Below are positions 9,896-20,969 of a stretch of DNA of 64,000 nucleotides, piece after piece. The notes beneath the pieces were generated by a model, which had not been told where the DNA came from, ran no database searches, and saw only the letters and a program-made list of their open reading frames with translations. Each line of letters begins with the position of its first letter. The first letter of the stretch is position 1. The stretch is from Croceitalea sp. GTDB lineage: Bacteria; Bacteroidota; Bacteroidia; Flavobacteriales; Flavobacteriaceae. Where the stretch lies: the NCBI GenBank assembly GCA_013001145.1, contig JABDND010000057.1, positions 4,174 to 68,173 on the forward strand, written 5' to 3'. A program made the translations under genes and the position numbers.

Positions 9896-9899
9896 AACA

Positions 9900-10439
9900 A
9901 TGAACGAATCCAGAGCAGCCATACGATATGCAAAAGCCACCCTTGATCTAGCCACTGAAAAAAAAGCGGCTGGCAAGGTTGAAAGCGATATGCGCCAAAT
10001 AGCTTCGGTCATCAACGAAAATGCTGAGTTGAGAAATGTATTGGCCAGCCCAGTTGTCAACAGTAAAGACAAAAAAGGAGCGTTGACCCAAATCTTTAAG
10101 GGCAGTCACCAGATCACTTTGGGTCTCATAGGGACATTGACGGACAACAAACGTATTGGAATGCTCAATGAAGTAGCGCTAAAGTATATCATTCTTCATG
10201 AAAAAATGAAAGGTGAAGACGTTGCCTTTGTAACCTCTGCAGTTCCATTGACAGAGGCCTTGGAGAATAAAATATTGAAATATGTTACCAATCTTACGGG
10301 CAACAAGGTCACCATTGAAAATAAAATTGACGAAAATATTTTGGGAGGCTTCATTTTACGAGTGGGCGACCTTCAATATGATGCCAGTGTGGCAAATAAA
10401 TTAAACGGATTAAAACGAGAATTTACAAATAGTCTATAA
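9900..10439 (+). CDS. atpH: ATP synthase subunit delta
   Basis: AIRYAKA and [16 protein letters not shown]. Confidence 0.95.
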   Translation: MNESRAAIRYAKATLDLATEKKAAGKVESDMRQIASVINENAELRNVLASPVVNSKDKKGALTQIFKGSHQITLGLIGTLTDNKRIGMLNEVALKYIILHEKMKGEDVAFVTSAVPLTEALENKILKYVTNLTGNKVTIENKIDENILGGFILRVGDLQYDASVANKLNGLKREFTNSL

Positions 10440-10441
10440 AA

Positions 10442-12022
10442 ATGGCAGGAGTAAAAGCAGCTGAGGTTTCAGCAATATTGAAAAAGCAACTATCAGGTTT
10501 CGAAGCAACCGCAACCTTAGATGAAGTGGGCACCGTTCTTCAAGTAGGTGACGGTATTGCACGCGTTTATGGTTTGGCCAACGTACAATATGGAGAGCTG
10601 GTTGAATTTGAAGGAGGTATGCAGGGTATTGTTTTGAACCTGGAAGAAGATAACGTGGGTGTAGTATTGTTGGGCCCATCGAAAGAAATTAAAGAAGGTG
10701 CCACCGTAAAACGTACACAGCGCATTGCATCCATCAACGTGGGTGAGGGCATTGTAGGCCGTGTAGTGGACACTTTGGGCAACACCATAGATGGTAAAGG
10801 ACCAATTGCCGGTAAAACTTACGAAATGCCATTGGAGCGTAAAGCACCCGGGGTAATCTTTCGTCAGCCCGTAAACGAACCTTTGCAAACAGGGGTTAAA
10901 GCTATTGATGCGATGATTCCGATTGGTCGTGGGCAGCGTGAGTTGGTGATTGGAGATAGACAAACAGGAAAAACTACGGTTTGTATAGATACCATCTTGA
11001 ACCAAAAGGAATTTTATGATGCTGGCGAACCGGTATACTGTATCTATGTAGCCATAGGCCAAAAAGCTTCAACAGTTGCGGCCATTGCCAAAAACTTGGA
11101 AGACAAAGGTGCTTTGGCATACACGACCATTGTTGCTGCCAATGCTTCCGACCCTGCTCCTATGCAGGTTTATGCACCTTTTGCAGGGGCTGCCATCGGA
11201 GAATATTTTAGGGATACTGGGCGCCCTGCCTTGATCATCTACGATGATTTATCTAAACAGGCTGTAGCCTACCGCGAGGTATCTTTGTTATTAAGAAGAC
11301 CCCCGGGGCGTGAGGCATATCCTGGTGACGTTTTTTACTTGCACTCAAGATTGTTGGAACGCGCTGCCAAGGTCATCAATGATGATGGTATTGCCAAAGA
11401 AATGAACGACCTTCCAGATTCATTAAAGAAAATGGTCAAAGGCGGTGGATCATTAACAGCCTTGCCGATCATTGAAACCCAAGCCGGTGACGTTTCGGCC
11501 TATATTCCTACCAACGTAATTTCCATTACAGACGGACAGATATTTTTAGAACAAGATTTGTTCAACCAAGGGGTGCGTCCGGCAATCAACGTGGGTATTT
11601 CGGTATCGCGTGTTGGGGGTTCAGCCCAGATAAAATCAATGAAGAAAGTGGCGGGTACTCTTAAATTGGATCAAGCCCAGTTTCGTGAATTAGAGGCATT
11701 TGCCAAGTTTGGATCAGATTTGGATGCCGCTACCTTGAATGTCATTGAAAAGGGTCGTAGAAACGTTGAAATTTTGAAACAAGCTCAAAATGATCCATTT
11801 ACGGTTGAAGACCAAGTGGCCATCATTTTTGCGGGATCAAAGAATTTGTTGAGAGATGTTCCGGTGGATAAGGTTAAAGAGTTTGAGCGTGATTTTTTGG
11901 AATTTATGAATGCCAAACACAGAAATGTGCTTGATTTGTTAAAAGCTGGAAAATTGACCGATGAAGTTACCGAAACGTTGACCGCGGTTTGTAAAGACCT
12001 ATCAGGAAAGTATAGAGCATAA
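10442..12022 (+). CDS. atpA: ATP synthase subunit alpha
   Basis: GDRQTGKT P-loop, [21 protein letters not shown]. Confidence 0.99.
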   Translation: MAGVKAAEVSAILKKQLSGFEATATLDEVGTVLQVGDGIARVYGLANVQYGELVEFEGGMQGIVLNLEEDNVGVVLLGPSKEIKEGATVKRTQRIASINVGEGIVGRVVDTLGNTIDGKGPIAGKTYEMPLERKAPGVIFRQPVNEPLQTGVKAIDAMIPIGRGQRELVIGDRQTGKTTVCIDTILNQKEFYDAGEPVYCIYVAIGQKASTVAAIAKNLEDKGALAYTTIVAANASDPAPMQVYAPFAGAAIGEYFRDTGRPALIIYDDLSKQAVAYREVSLLLRRPPGREAYPGDVFYLHSRLLERAAKVINDDGIAKEMNDLPDSLKKMVKGGGSLTALPIIETQAGDVSAYIPTNVISITDGQIFLEQDLFNQGVRPAINVGISVSRVGGSAQIKSMKKVAGTLKLDQAQFRELEAFAKFGSDLDAATLNVIEKGRRNVEILKQAQNDPFTVEDQVAIIFAGSKNLLRDVPVDKVKEFERDFLEFMNAKHRNVLDLLKAGKLTDEVTETLTAVCKDLSGKYRA

Positions 12023-12079
12023 GGTTTATAGTTGGACAATGGGCCAAGAGGCCATGTTCAATATTCAATTTAAAGTAGA

Positions 12080-12937
12080 ATGGCTAATCTTAAAGAAATA
12101 CGGAATAGAATAGCATCGGTATCTTCAACCATGCAGATCACAAGTGCCATGAAAATGGTATCTGCTGCAAAATTGAAGAAGGCTCAAGATGCCATTACAG
12201 CCATGCGACCTTATTCAGATAAACTTACCGAGTTGTTGCAAAGTCTGAGCGCTAGTTTAGATGGAGATGCGGGAAGCAAGTTTGCCGATAACCGCGAAGT
12301 AAAAAAGGTACTTGTAGTGGCCATCACCTCAAATAGAGGGTTATGTGGTGCATTTAATTCCAATATCATTAAACAATGTTTGACCTTACAAGAATCCTAT
12401 GCCGGTAAAGAGGTCGAATTTATGGCCATTGGTAAAAAAGGGAATGATATATTGAGAAAAAGAGCAAAGGTCATAGCAAACCATAGCAATGTTTATGATG
12501 ACCTTACCTTTGACAACGTTGCCGAAATTGCCGAAAATTTAATGGCACGTTTTACTGAAGGAGATTATGATAAAATTGAGTTGGTTTACAACAAATTTAA
12601 GAATGCCGCGACTCAGATAATTATGTCAGAACAATTTTTACCAATTGTTCCCATGGAAGGTGATACTTCAACCGCAGCCGATTATATTTATGAACCCTCT
12701 AAGGTCGAAATAGTGGAACAATTGATTCCTAAATCGTTGAAAACCCAGTTGTATAAAGGCATTCGTGATTCATTTGCAAGTGAGCACGGTGCTCGTATGA
12801 CGGCAATGCACAAAGCGACCGACAACGCCACAGAATTGCGCGACCAACTTAAACTTACGTATAACAAGGCAAGACAAGCCGCAATCACCAACGAAATTCT
12901 AGAGATTGTGGGAGGAGCAGAAGCACTTAACAATTAA
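12080..12937 (+). CDS. atpG: ATP synthase subunit gamma
   Basis: QITSAMKMVSAAK, RGLCGAFN, ARQAAITNEILEI. Confidence 0.98.
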   Translation: MANLKEIRNRIASVSSTMQITSAMKMVSAAKLKKAQDAITAMRPYSDKLTELLQSLSASLDGDAGSKFADNREVKKVLVVAITSNRGLCGAFNSNIIKQCLTLQESYAGKEVEFMAIGKKGNDILRKRAKVIANHSNVYDDLTFDNVAEIAENLMARFTEGDYDKIELVYNKFKNAATQIIMSEQFLPIVPMEGDTSTAADYIYEPSKVEIVEQLIPKSLKTQLYKGIRDSFASEHGARMTAMHKATDNATELRDQLKLTYNKARQAAITNEILEIVGGAEALNN

Positions 12938-12961
12938 GTTCTTTATAAAATCTTAATAATA

Positions 12962-12992
12962 AAAAGGCTCTTCACTAGAGCCTTTTCTTTTT
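12962..12992 (+). terminator. Terminator of the atp operon
   Basis: AAAAGGCTCT-TCACT-AGAGCCTTTT followed by a T-tract. Confidence 0.85.
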
Positions 12993-13034
12993 GGCACTAC
13001 TTTTGGTTTTATATCTTTATAACATTCAAAATAA

Positions 13035-13526
13035 ATGCTCATGCGCCTTACCACTTATGTTTTTGTTACAATACTATTTTCCTTATCCGCTTGTTCATCC
13101 CAGAAAAAATTAGCGAACGACCCCCCTTTTGAGGTAGGTAAAACAACATGTCAAAAGTGGGTAGGCGGCTTGGCCGAAAGTGGAACCGGAATGCTTTTGG
13201 AAATACCAATTTCAAATATGGCCACAGATGGTGTGGTCATGCACCAGGCCTATTTTAGGGGAATGGTCACCAATCTTAACCTTGAGAACCATGAGGGCCA
13301 AAAAATAGCGAAGGCCAATTTCATGAATAAAAAAAATCAAAAACCAGATATGATCATGAGCGGCAACAGTCTGGATGAAGTGGGCAATCAAGCTCCCAAA
13401 CAAAAAGAAAAATTTCCTTTCGACTTATCTCCGGACCAGTGCGTCATTAGTTATATGGAGGGCAATACGGTCAAGTATATCAAAATACAAGGTATTAAAG
13501 AAAAAAGACCGCTAATTTATCAATAG
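13035..13526 (+). CDS. Hypothetical lipoprotein
   Basis: Signal peptide with lipobox LSAC-SSQK; no recognised domain. Confidence 0.75.
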   Translation: MLMRLTTYVFVTILFSLSACSSQKKLANDPPFEVGKTTCQKWVGGLAESGTGMLLEIPISNMATDGVVMHQAYFRGMVTNLNLENHEGQKIAKANFMNKKNQKPDMIMSGNSLDEVGNQAPKQKEKFPFDLSPDQCVISYMEGNTVKYIKIQGIKEKRPLIYQ

Positions 13527-13589
13527 TAAGCGGCGATGGTGTCCAGCCTTTGTACAAAGGCGCTTTATGATTACTTTTATATAAAATTG

Positions 13590-13618
13590 GCCCCGAAGTT
13601 CAACTTCGGGGCTTCTCT
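13590..13618 (+). terminator. GC-rich hairpin (terminator or 5' stabiliser) before the flippase operon
   Basis: GCCCCGAAG-TTCAA-CTTCGGGGC followed by TTCTCT. Confidence 0.55.
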
Positions 13619-13636
13619 TAAAAGCACCATTGTCCA

Positions 13637-15094
13637 TTGAATCCGCTTAAGAAGCTTTTTAAACAGACATTCGTATATGGTTTGGCCACTGTATTGCCAA
13701 GGGTCATATCGGTGATTTTGTTGCCTTTATATACCAGCGTTTTAAAAAACGCTTCAGGTTATGGTGAATACATTAATATTTATGCATGGATCGCCATTTT
13801 TAATGTGTTTTTGGCCTATGGTATGGAAACCGCTTTTTTTAGATTTTACCATAGGCACAATGATAAGAAAGCCGTTGTCGCAACTTCTTTGATTTCTTTA
13901 ATGGGCACTTCAATATTGTTTTTGATAGTAGCCCTGATATTCAATGAAACGTTGGCGAACATTACCAATATCAATGTAGAATATATAAAATTTACCGCTT
14001 ATATATTGGTGTTGGATGCTTTGGTAATCATTCCATTTGCCATGTTAAGGGCCCAAGAAAAACCCTTAAAATATTCTTTGCTCAAAACTGCCAACGTACT
14101 TATTAATTTAGGTCTGAATGTTTTTTTTCTGTTATGGCTACCAAAAATCGCCGAAACTGGCTCAGATGACTTTTTTGCAAAAATGTATGTTGAAGGCAAT
14201 GAAATCAACTACATATTTATTTCGAATATGGTTGCCAGTGGCGCTACTTTGTTGATGTTGTTGCCATCATATTTGAAGAGCAATTATTCGTTTGACAGGC
14301 AATTATGGAAACAAATGTTAACCTATGCGTTCCCTGTTTTGATTGCGGGGATTGCTTTTACGATAAATGAAGTATTGGATAAGATATTATTGACCAAAAT
14401 GATTTCTGAATCGGTCGCTGGGGTCTATGGTGCCTGTTATAAATTGGCCCTGTTCATGACCCTCTTTGGCACAGCTTTTAGAATGGGAGTGGAGCCCTTC
14501 TTTTTTAGTCACTCCAAAACCAATGAACCCCAGAAGGCCTACGCCCAGATCACTAATTATTTTGTGATAATCGGAAGTTTTATTTTATTGACAGTGGTGG
14601 TGTTTATCGATTTCTTGGCACCGCTCTTAATACGAAGTGAGGCTTTGCGTGAAGCCCTGCATATAGTGCCCATTGTCTTATTGGCGAGTTTTTGTTTGGG
14701 CGTTTATCATAATTTATCGGTATGGTATAAAGTTACTGACCGCACTCGTTTTGGAGCCTTTATTTCTTCAGTAGGTGCCATAATGACCTTAATCATCAAT
14801 ATTTTGTTCATACCCAAAATCGGATATATGGCATCGGCCATTGCAACCCTTGTGGCCTATGGCAGCATGATGATGCTTTCGTACTATTTTGGCAGAAAGT
14901 ATTACCCCATTCCATATAACCTTCGAAAAATTTGTTTTTACGGGGGTATTTCGGTGTTATTTTCCATCATTTCATTTTATGTTTTTAACCGAAACTTAAT
15001 AGCGGGCACCACACTACTTTTAGTATTTTTGGGGCTTATTTATAAATTGGAAGGTAAACAGTTAAAAACCATATTTCTACAGCGTGAAAATTGA
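13637..15094 (+). CDS. Oligosaccharide flippase family (MOP/Wzx-like) protein
   Basis: 12-14 TM segments; KQTFVYGL..R and [10 protein letters not shown]; TTG start. Confidence 0.85.
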   Translation: MNPLKKLFKQTFVYGLATVLPRVISVILLPLYTSVLKNASGYGEYINIYAWIAIFNVFLAYGMETAFFRFYHRHNDKKAVVATSLISLMGTSILFLIVALIFNETLANITNINVEYIKFTAYILVLDALVIIPFAMLRAQEKPLKYSLLKTANVLINLGLNVFFLLWLPKIAETGSDDFFAKMYVEGNEINYIFISNMVASGATLLMLLPSYLKSNYSFDRQLWKQMLTYAFPVLIAGIAFTINEVLDKILLTKMISESVAGVYGACYKLALFMTLFGTAFRMGVEPFFFSHSKTNEPQKAYAQITNYFVIIGSFILLTVVVFIDFLAPLLIRSEALREALHIVPIVLLASFCLGVYHNLSVWYKVTDRTRFGAFISSVGAIMTLIINILFIPKIGYMASAIATLVAYGSMMMLSYYFGRKYYPIPYNLRKICFYGGISVLFSIISFYVFNRNLIAGTTLLLVFLGLIYKLEGKQLKTIFLQREN

Positions 15095-15518
15095 CATCAT
15101 CAATACCTCGGAACATCCTTTGCCACATTATGAAACCCATGCTTCGGCAGGGATGGACCTTAGAGCCAATATTTCGGAGCCTATTACGTTGAAACCACTA
15201 GAGCGTGCCATTGTAAAAACGGGACTGTATATAGCTTTACCTGTTGGCTTTGAAGCCCAGGTTAGGCCTAGAAGTGGCTTGGCAGCCAAGAAGGGAATCA
15301 CGGTACTTAATGCGCCAGGCACTATTGACGCAGATTATAGAGGTGAAATAGGGGTGATATTGGTCAATATTTCGAATGAAGACTTCGTTATTGAAAATGG
15401 GGAACGTATTGCACAGTTGATCATTGCTAAACATGAACGGGCCCAATGGATAGAGGTTGAAGAGCTGTCTCAAACAACAAGGGGCGAAGGAGGCTTTGGC
15501 AGCACTGGAGTAAAGTAA
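15084..15518 (+). CDS. dut: dUTP diphosphatase
   Basis: [33 protein letters not shown]. Confidence 0.98.
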   Translation: MKIDIINTSEHPLPHYETHASAGMDLRANISEPITLKPLERAIVKTGLYIALPVGFEAQVRPRSGLAAKKGITVLNAPGTIDADYRGEIGVILVNISNEDFVIENGERIAQLIIAKHERAQWIEVEELSQTTRGEGGFGSTGVK

Positions 15519-15539
15519 ACATTGATATAAAATAATTAC

Positions 15540-16556
15540 ATGAAAATAATCGTACCTATGGCCGGTCGCGGCTCAAGATTAAGACCACATACATTAACAG
15601 TGCCAAAACCATTGATTCCCGTAGCGGGTAAACCCATTGTTCATCGTTTGGTGAGTGATATTGCCAAAGTCTTGGGCGAACCTATAGAAGAAGTAGCATT
15701 TATCTTGGGAGACCCTGCCTTTTTTGGCGATGATGTAGTTTCAAGCTTAAAAGAACTTACCAAAGAATTGGGTGCAAAGGCCTCGATTTATAGACAAGAC
15801 CAACCCTTGGGCACAGGGCATGCCATCATGAGCGCTAAAGAGTCATTAACCGGCCCAGCAGTCATTGCCTATGCCGATACACTGATTCGGGCAGAATTCA
15901 ATTTGGACAAGTCGGCCGATAGCGTTATCTGGGTCAAGCAAGTGGAGGACCCCCAAGCTTATGGCGTGGTAAAATTGAATGACAGCAATGAAATTGTAGA
16001 ATTGGCTGAAAAACCAAAGGACTTCATTTCTGACTTGGCCGTGATAGGAATTTACTATTTCAAAGACGTAGCCCAACTGAGAGACGAACTTCAATTTGTG
16101 TTGGATAATCAGATCATCAATGGGGGAGAATACCAGATCAATGATGGCATTAAGAGAATGATGCAAAAAGGCATGAAATTTGTACCTGGTAAAGTAGATG
16201 AGTGGATGGACTGCGGCAATAAAAATGTAACTGTTGAAACGAACCAACGTATGTTGCGCTTTTTGGAAAGCGATGGCGAACAGCTCATTTCAAATTCTGC
16301 CGAACAACATAATGCCAATATTGTTGAACCGTGTTTTATCGGGGACAATGTGGTATTAAAAAACTGTACAGTGGGTCCTTTTGTATCCGTTGGCGCAGAT
16401 ACGGTAATTGAAAACTCCACCATCAAAAACAGCCTTATTCAAAGTAACAGCAAAATCAGTAATGCCAATTTGGATAATGCCATGATTGGCAATCATGTGG
16501 TTTATGATGGTAATTTTGAAACCATCAGCATAGGGGATTACTCCGTTTTGGAGTAG
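15540..16556 (+). CDS. Sugar-phosphate nucleotidyltransferase with C-terminal left-handed beta-helix
   Basis: PMAGRGSRLRP..PKPL, QDQPLGTGHAI, EKP, hexapeptide tail. Confidence 0.9.
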   Translation: MKIIVPMAGRGSRLRPHTLTVPKPLIPVAGKPIVHRLVSDIAKVLGEPIEEVAFILGDPAFFGDDVVSSLKELTKELGAKASIYRQDQPLGTGHAIMSAKESLTGPAVIAYADTLIRAEFNLDKSADSVIWVKQVEDPQAYGVVKLNDSNEIVELAEKPKDFISDLAVIGIYYFKDVAQLRDELQFVLDNQIINGGEYQINDGIKRMMQKGMKFVPGKVDEWMDCGNKNVTVETNQRMLRFLESDGEQLISNSAEQHNANIVEPCFIGDNVVLKNCTVGPFVSVGADTVIENSTIKNSLIQSNSKISNANLDNAMIGNHVVYDGNFETISIGDYSVLE

Positions 16557-16593
16557 TTTAATGTTGATCGGGGCCAATTATTGACAAGAATAA

Positions 16594-17529
16594 ATGACTA
16601 TGTGCAGGAAAGTGTTATTGGCTTTTTGTTTTCTGGTGTTCGCTATGTGCACCAACCGCTCATATGCCCAAGAAGAAGAAATCAACGAAGAGCAAAGCGC
16701 TGAAGTATTCTTAGAAGAATATACCGATGAGTTTCAAGAGTTGTTCTTCGAGGCCCTTAAACAAAAAGGCATTCAAAACTATGATAGGGCCACCAATCTA
16801 TTATTAAAGTGTAGGCAATTGCAACCGGTGAATTCAGTAATTGATCACGAATTGGCGAAAACGTATGCTTTAGACAATAAACTGACGACAGCAGGGCAAT
16901 ATGCCTTGAATGCCATAAACTCAGAACCCGATAATTATTGGTATTTGAACACCTTGGTCTCCATACTTGGGCAACAGCGAAACACGATTGAAAGTGTAAA
17001 AGAAAAAATAGCCTTCGACAATTTGCAACTTAAGCGGAACTTGGCGCTCATTTACTTCAAAGACAATAAATTACAAGAGAGCCTTTCTGTACTAAAGACG
17101 TTGGATAATTCCAATTTTAAAGAAGTACTGACTTCGAAAATTAAAGATTCATTGTACAACAGGGGGGTAAGGGAAAAAGCGGTGGACACAACCCCTTTGG
17201 AACAAGAGCAAGGCCCACTTGGGCAGTTCAAAACACAAATAGCGGCCTTGATGGAAGAAGGTTCCTATATGTCCTTGGAAAAATTAAGCGCAGAGGCATT
17301 GGAAGCATACCCTTTACAACCTTACTTTTATTATGTAAATGGTTTGGCAAAACGCTACAACAACAAACCCAATGAAGCCATTGAGGTGTTACAGACCGCC
17401 TTGGATTATTTGATAGACGATAATGAATTGGCGAACAAGATTTACAGAGAACTAGCCGATGTCTACAAAGCATTGGGCAATACCTCAAAGGCAAATGAGT
17501 ACCTTAACAAAATAAAGCCAGGTTCCTAA
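16594..17529 (+). CDS. Exported TPR protein
   Basis: Signal peptide, FFEALKQKGIQNYD, TPR-like helices. Confidence 0.75.
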   Translation: MTMCRKVLLAFCFLVFAMCTNRSYAQEEEINEEQSAEVFLEEYTDEFQELFFEALKQKGIQNYDRATNLLLKCRQLQPVNSVIDHELAKTYALDNKLTTAGQYALNAINSEPDNYWYLNTLVSILGQQRNTIESVKEKIAFDNLQLKRNLALIYFKDNKLQESLSVLKTLDNSNFKEVLTSKIKDSLYNRGVREKAVDTTPLEQEQGPLGQFKTQIAALMEEGSYMSLEKLSAEALEAYPLQPYFYYVNGLAKRYNNKPNEAIEVLQTALDYLIDDNELANKIYRELADVYKALGNTSKANEYLNKIKPGS

Positions 17530-17530
17530 T

Positions 17531-18313
17531 ATGTGGTCACGTTTTTTGCATACCAAAATATACTTTTACACCTTGATGGCGCTGTTTTTATTGGCCTCAT
17601 GCAAGTCAAAAAAGGCAGTTGCAGATGGTAAGGTCAACACTGGCATTACTGCCCGGAAAATCATTGAAAACCACTATAAAAACCAACTCAGCTTCAATAC
17701 TTTGAGCGGCAGGTTGAAAATTGATTATTCCGATGGCTATACCAATCAAGGCTTTAATGTAAGTCTTCGAATGAAGAAAGACGAGGCAATTTGGATCAGT
17801 GCCCCCTTAGGAGTATTAAAGGCCTATATCACCCCAGATCGCGTTCAATTTTACAACAAACTTGAAGGTGAATATTTTGAAGGTGATTTTTCCTATTTAA
17901 GTGATTTATTGGGTACCGATCTTGACTTTAAAAAAGTTCAAAACCTCTTGATTGGCAATGCCGTGCTTGATTTGAGAGAGCAAAAATTTTCAACATCCAT
18001 CTTAGATGGCAAGTATGGTCTTAAACCCAAAGAACAAAATGAACTTTATAAGATATTGTTCTTTTTGGAGCCAAAGAATTTTAAAATTGCCAATCAGGAG
18101 ATTTCACAACCATGGAACAAACGCTTTCTGAGCATGCAATATTCCTATCAAAGAGTAAATGACCAGGTTTTGCCCAATAAAGTTACCATACAAGCCTTGA
18201 CAGAAGACGGGCAGAATAATATAGATTTGGATTACAAAAATGTTGAATTGAACCGAAACCTGAATTTTCCCTTTCGTATTCCAAAGGGTTATAAAGAAAT
18301 TGTTTTGAAGTAA
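17531..18313 (+). CDS. DUF4292 family lipoprotein
   Basis: Lipobox LASC-KSKK, RMKKDEAIWIS, FPFRIPKGY; position before envC. Confidence 0.8.
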   Translation: MWSRFLHTKIYFYTLMALFLLASCKSKKAVADGKVNTGITARKIIENHYKNQLSFNTLSGRLKIDYSDGYTNQGFNVSLRMKKDEAIWISAPLGVLKAYITPDRVQFYNKLEGEYFEGDFSYLSDLLGTDLDFKKVQNLLIGNAVLDLREQKFSTSILDGKYGLKPKEQNELYKILFFLEPKNFKIANQEISQPWNKRFLSMQYSYQRVNDQVLPNKVTIQALTEDGQNNIDLDYKNVELNRNLNFPFRIPKGYKEIVLK

Positions 18314-18314
18314 T

Positions 18315-19538
18315 ATGGCAAATCAAAAGGGATATCATACGCATTTGGCCCTGGTGATATTTTTTCTTTGCCAATTTATTGTTGCGCAGACCAGCGAACA
18401 AAAGGCACTTGAAGAAAAAAGGGCGAGAATACAGAATGAGATAAAGGAGATCAATAGGCTTCTTTTTGCTGAAAAACAAGAGAAAGGGAACGTTTTGGAA
18501 CAAATGGACGCCCTAGATTATAAAATAAATATCAGCCAAGAGTTGATAAGGGTTACCAACCAACAATCCAATTTATTGAATAGGCAGATCAATGCCAATA
18601 TTAGGGCTATTGATAAAATGCGCGAAGATTTAAAATTTTTAAAGGACGATTACGCCCAGCTCATTCGCAAATCATATGAAAATAAGGCGCAAGAAAATAG
18701 GTTGTTGTTCTTATTATCATCACAGAATTTTTTTCAAGCCTTCAAGCGAATCCAGTATTTAAAGCAATACAAAGAATTTAGAAGAAAACAGGGCCAAGAG
18801 ATTGTTGATAAGACCGAAGCACTTACCAAACTTAATAAAGAATTGGTAGAGCAGCGAAAGGCAAAAGATCAGCTAATTGCTGAAAATACCAAAATAAAGA
18901 ACCAACTTTCAAGAGAAATCAACAACCAAAAAGAGCTGTTACAGAGCATCCGACAAAACGAAAGTAAGTATAGGGTTGCTATAGACGATAGAAAGAAAGA
19001 AACTCGAAGGATTGACCGTGAAATAGAGAAACTCATCCGTTCTGCCATAACTAGCTCCAACAAAAAAGCCGGCAAAAGCAATTCAACTAAATTTGAATTG
19101 ACGCCGGAGGCTGAGTTGATCGCATCCAATTTCTCATCGAACAAGGGAAAATTGATTTGGCCAGTTCAAAAAGGAATAAAAAGCCAAGGTTTTGGGGTAT
19201 ATGCAGATAAAGTATACCCATCAATAAAACATGAGAACAGCGGTGTTACAATTACCACTGATCAAGGCGAAACGGCAAGAGCCATTTTTGAAGGAGAGGT
19301 AATTACCATTTTTACCAACAAAATGGGCGTTATGGGTGTATATCTAAGACATGGTAATTATATTAGTATGTACTATAATTTGTCCAAGACATTTGTTCAA
19401 AAAGGGGATAAGGTTTCTGCCAAAGATCCATTGGGCGAAATTTATACCAATCGGTTTAAAGGAGCAACCGAGCTTAAATTTTATTTATATCAAGACACGA
19501 ATAAATTAAATCCGGAAGATTGGATTTATCAACTATAG
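18315..19538 (+). CDS. envC: Murein hydrolase activator EnvC-like protein (coiled coil plus degenerate M23 domain)
   Basis: Long coiled coil, KGKLIWPV, M23 fold without the Zn-ligand motifs. Confidence 0.8.
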   Translation: MANQKGYHTHLALVIFFLCQFIVAQTSEQKALEEKRARIQNEIKEINRLLFAEKQEKGNVLEQMDALDYKINISQELIRVTNQQSNLLNRQINANIRAIDKMREDLKFLKDDYAQLIRKSYENKAQENRLLFLLSSQNFFQAFKRIQYLKQYKEFRRKQGQEIVDKTEALTKLNKELVEQRKAKDQLIAENTKIKNQLSREINNQKELLQSIRQNESKYRVAIDDRKKETRRIDREIEKLIRSAITSSNKKAGKSNSTKFELTPEAELIASNFSSNKGKLIWPVQKGIKSQGFGVYADKVYPSIKHENSGVTITTDQGETARAIFEGEVITIFTNKMGVMGVYLRHGNYISMYYNLSKTFVQKGDKVSAKDPLGEIYTNRFKGATELKFYLYQDTNKLNPEDWIYQL

Positions 19539-19542
19539 CAGA

Positions 19543-20379
19543 ATGAAAAATATCACCGATTTAAAAGGCACTTTCACCTTGAACAACGGCGTTAAGATGC
19601 CTTATTTTGGCTTGGGTGTCTATCTTTCCGAAGATGGCCAAGAAGTCATCAATGCCGTAAAGTGGGCGCTAGAGATGGGCTATAGGCATATTGACACGGC
19701 AGCGGTATACAAAAATGAAGAAGGTGTGGGTCAAGGTATAAAAGAGAGTCAAGTGCCACGGGAAGATATTTTTGTGGTAAGCAAGGTCTGGAACTCAGAT
19801 CAGGGCTATGAGAATACCTTAAGGGCATTTGATGCCAGTTTAGAACGTTTAGGCCTCGAGTATTTGGATCTTTACTTGATACACTGGCCCGTGGCGAACA
19901 AATATAAAGATACTTGGAGGGCCATGGAACGCCTTTATAATGAAAAAAGAATTAGGGCCATAGGGGTCAGTAATTTTATGCAGCATCATTTAGAAGATTT
20001 ATTGACCACTGCCAAAGTGGTGCCCGCTGTCAACCAAATGGAATTTCACCCGTATTTGGTACAGCAAGACTTATTGGATTTCTGTATAGCAAAGGGCATT
20101 CAATACGAAGCTTGGTCGCCCATGATGCAAGGTAAAATTTTCGATATGGAAGAATTTAAGACTTTGGCAAAAAAGTATAATAAATCCATAGCTCAAATAG
20201 TGCTCCGTTGGGATTTGCAAAAGGGTGTGATCACTATTCCCAAATCTTCCAAAAAAGAACGTATCAAATCGAACGCTGATATTTTTGATTTTGAATTATC
20301 AAAAGAAGATATTCATTTATTGGACCAAATGCATAAAGGGAGACGTTTTGGTCCCGATCCAGACAATTTTGATTTTTAG
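19543..20379 (+). CDS. Aldo/keto reductase (2,5-diketogluconate/methylglyoxal reductase-like)
   Basis: GYRHIDTAAVY, LDLYLIHWP, AIGVSNF, IPKS. Confidence 0.93.
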   Translation: MKNITDLKGTFTLNNGVKMPYFGLGVYLSEDGQEVINAVKWALEMGYRHIDTAAVYKNEEGVGQGIKESQVPREDIFVVSKVWNSDQGYENTLRAFDASLERLGLEYLDLYLIHWPVANKYKDTWRAMERLYNEKRIRAIGVSNFMQHHLEDLLTTAKVVPAVNQMEFHPYLVQQDLLDFCIAKGIQYEAWSPMMQGKIFDMEEFKTLAKKYNKSIAQIVLRWDLQKGVITIPKSSKKERIKSNADIFDFELSKEDIHLLDQMHKGRRFGPDPDNFDF

Positions 20380-20385
20380 GACTGT

Positions 20386-20907
20386 TTATTTTTGTGGACC
20401 CATAAAAAGCGCCCTTAATTCGGTAGCTTCTTGGGGTTTCATTTTACCGGCCAGGACCAAACTCAATTGTTTTCTGCGAAGTGCCCCAGCAAAACGTTCT
20501 TTTTCAAGTTCGGTTTCTGGTTGAATGGGCGGCACTTCGGTAGGTTTTCCTGTTTCATCAACGGCCACAAAAGTGTAAATGGCCTCATTGGCTTTCGTAC
20601 GTTCACCACTGAACCTATCTTCCATCCACACATCAATATAAACTTCCATAGAGGTGTTGAATGCCCTCGAAAGGGCGGCCTCGACAGTAACTACACTGCC
20701 CAAAGGCACTGAACGGTTAAATGCAACATGGTTAACGGAAGCGGTAACTGTAATTCTTCTACTATGTCTTCGGGCCGCAATACTGGCAGCCCGGTCCATT
20801 CGTGCCAAAAGTTCACCTCCGAATAAATTGTTCAAAGGATTGGTTTCACTTGGCAAGACCATATCGGTCATGATGGTTCTTGAATCATCTGGGCTCTTAG
20901 CACGCAT
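20386..20907 (-). CDS. Acyl-CoA thioesterase (hotdog fold, YciA-like)
   Basis: NNLFGGELLARMD, VTASVNHVAF, YTFVAVD. Confidence 0.92.
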   Translation of the reverse strand: MRAKSPDDSRTIMTDMVLPSETNPLNNLFGGELLARMDRAASIAARRHSRRITVTASVNHVAFNRSVPLGSVVTVEAALSRAFNTSMEVYIDVWMEDRFSGERTKANEAIYTFVAVDETGKPTEVPPIQPETELEKERFAGALRRKQLSLVLAGKMKPQEATELRALFMGPQK

Positions 20908-20969
20908 GCGGAATAGTTTTGTGCAAAGATATTGAAGTGTGAGGGTGAATTAAAAATCTTGTGTCGCAA

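Noticed and set aside
9605-11062. Many antisense or alternative-frame ORFs of 60-180 aa (e.g. 9605..10072, 10517..11062, 25976..26512, 34367..34840)
   Set aside because: Shadows of well-supported genes, with no motifs or independent expression signals
13546-13561. Perfect 16-bp palindrome GCCTTTGTACAAAGGC
   Set aside because: Only one copy seen, with no U-tract and no linked regulator, so it cannot be assigned
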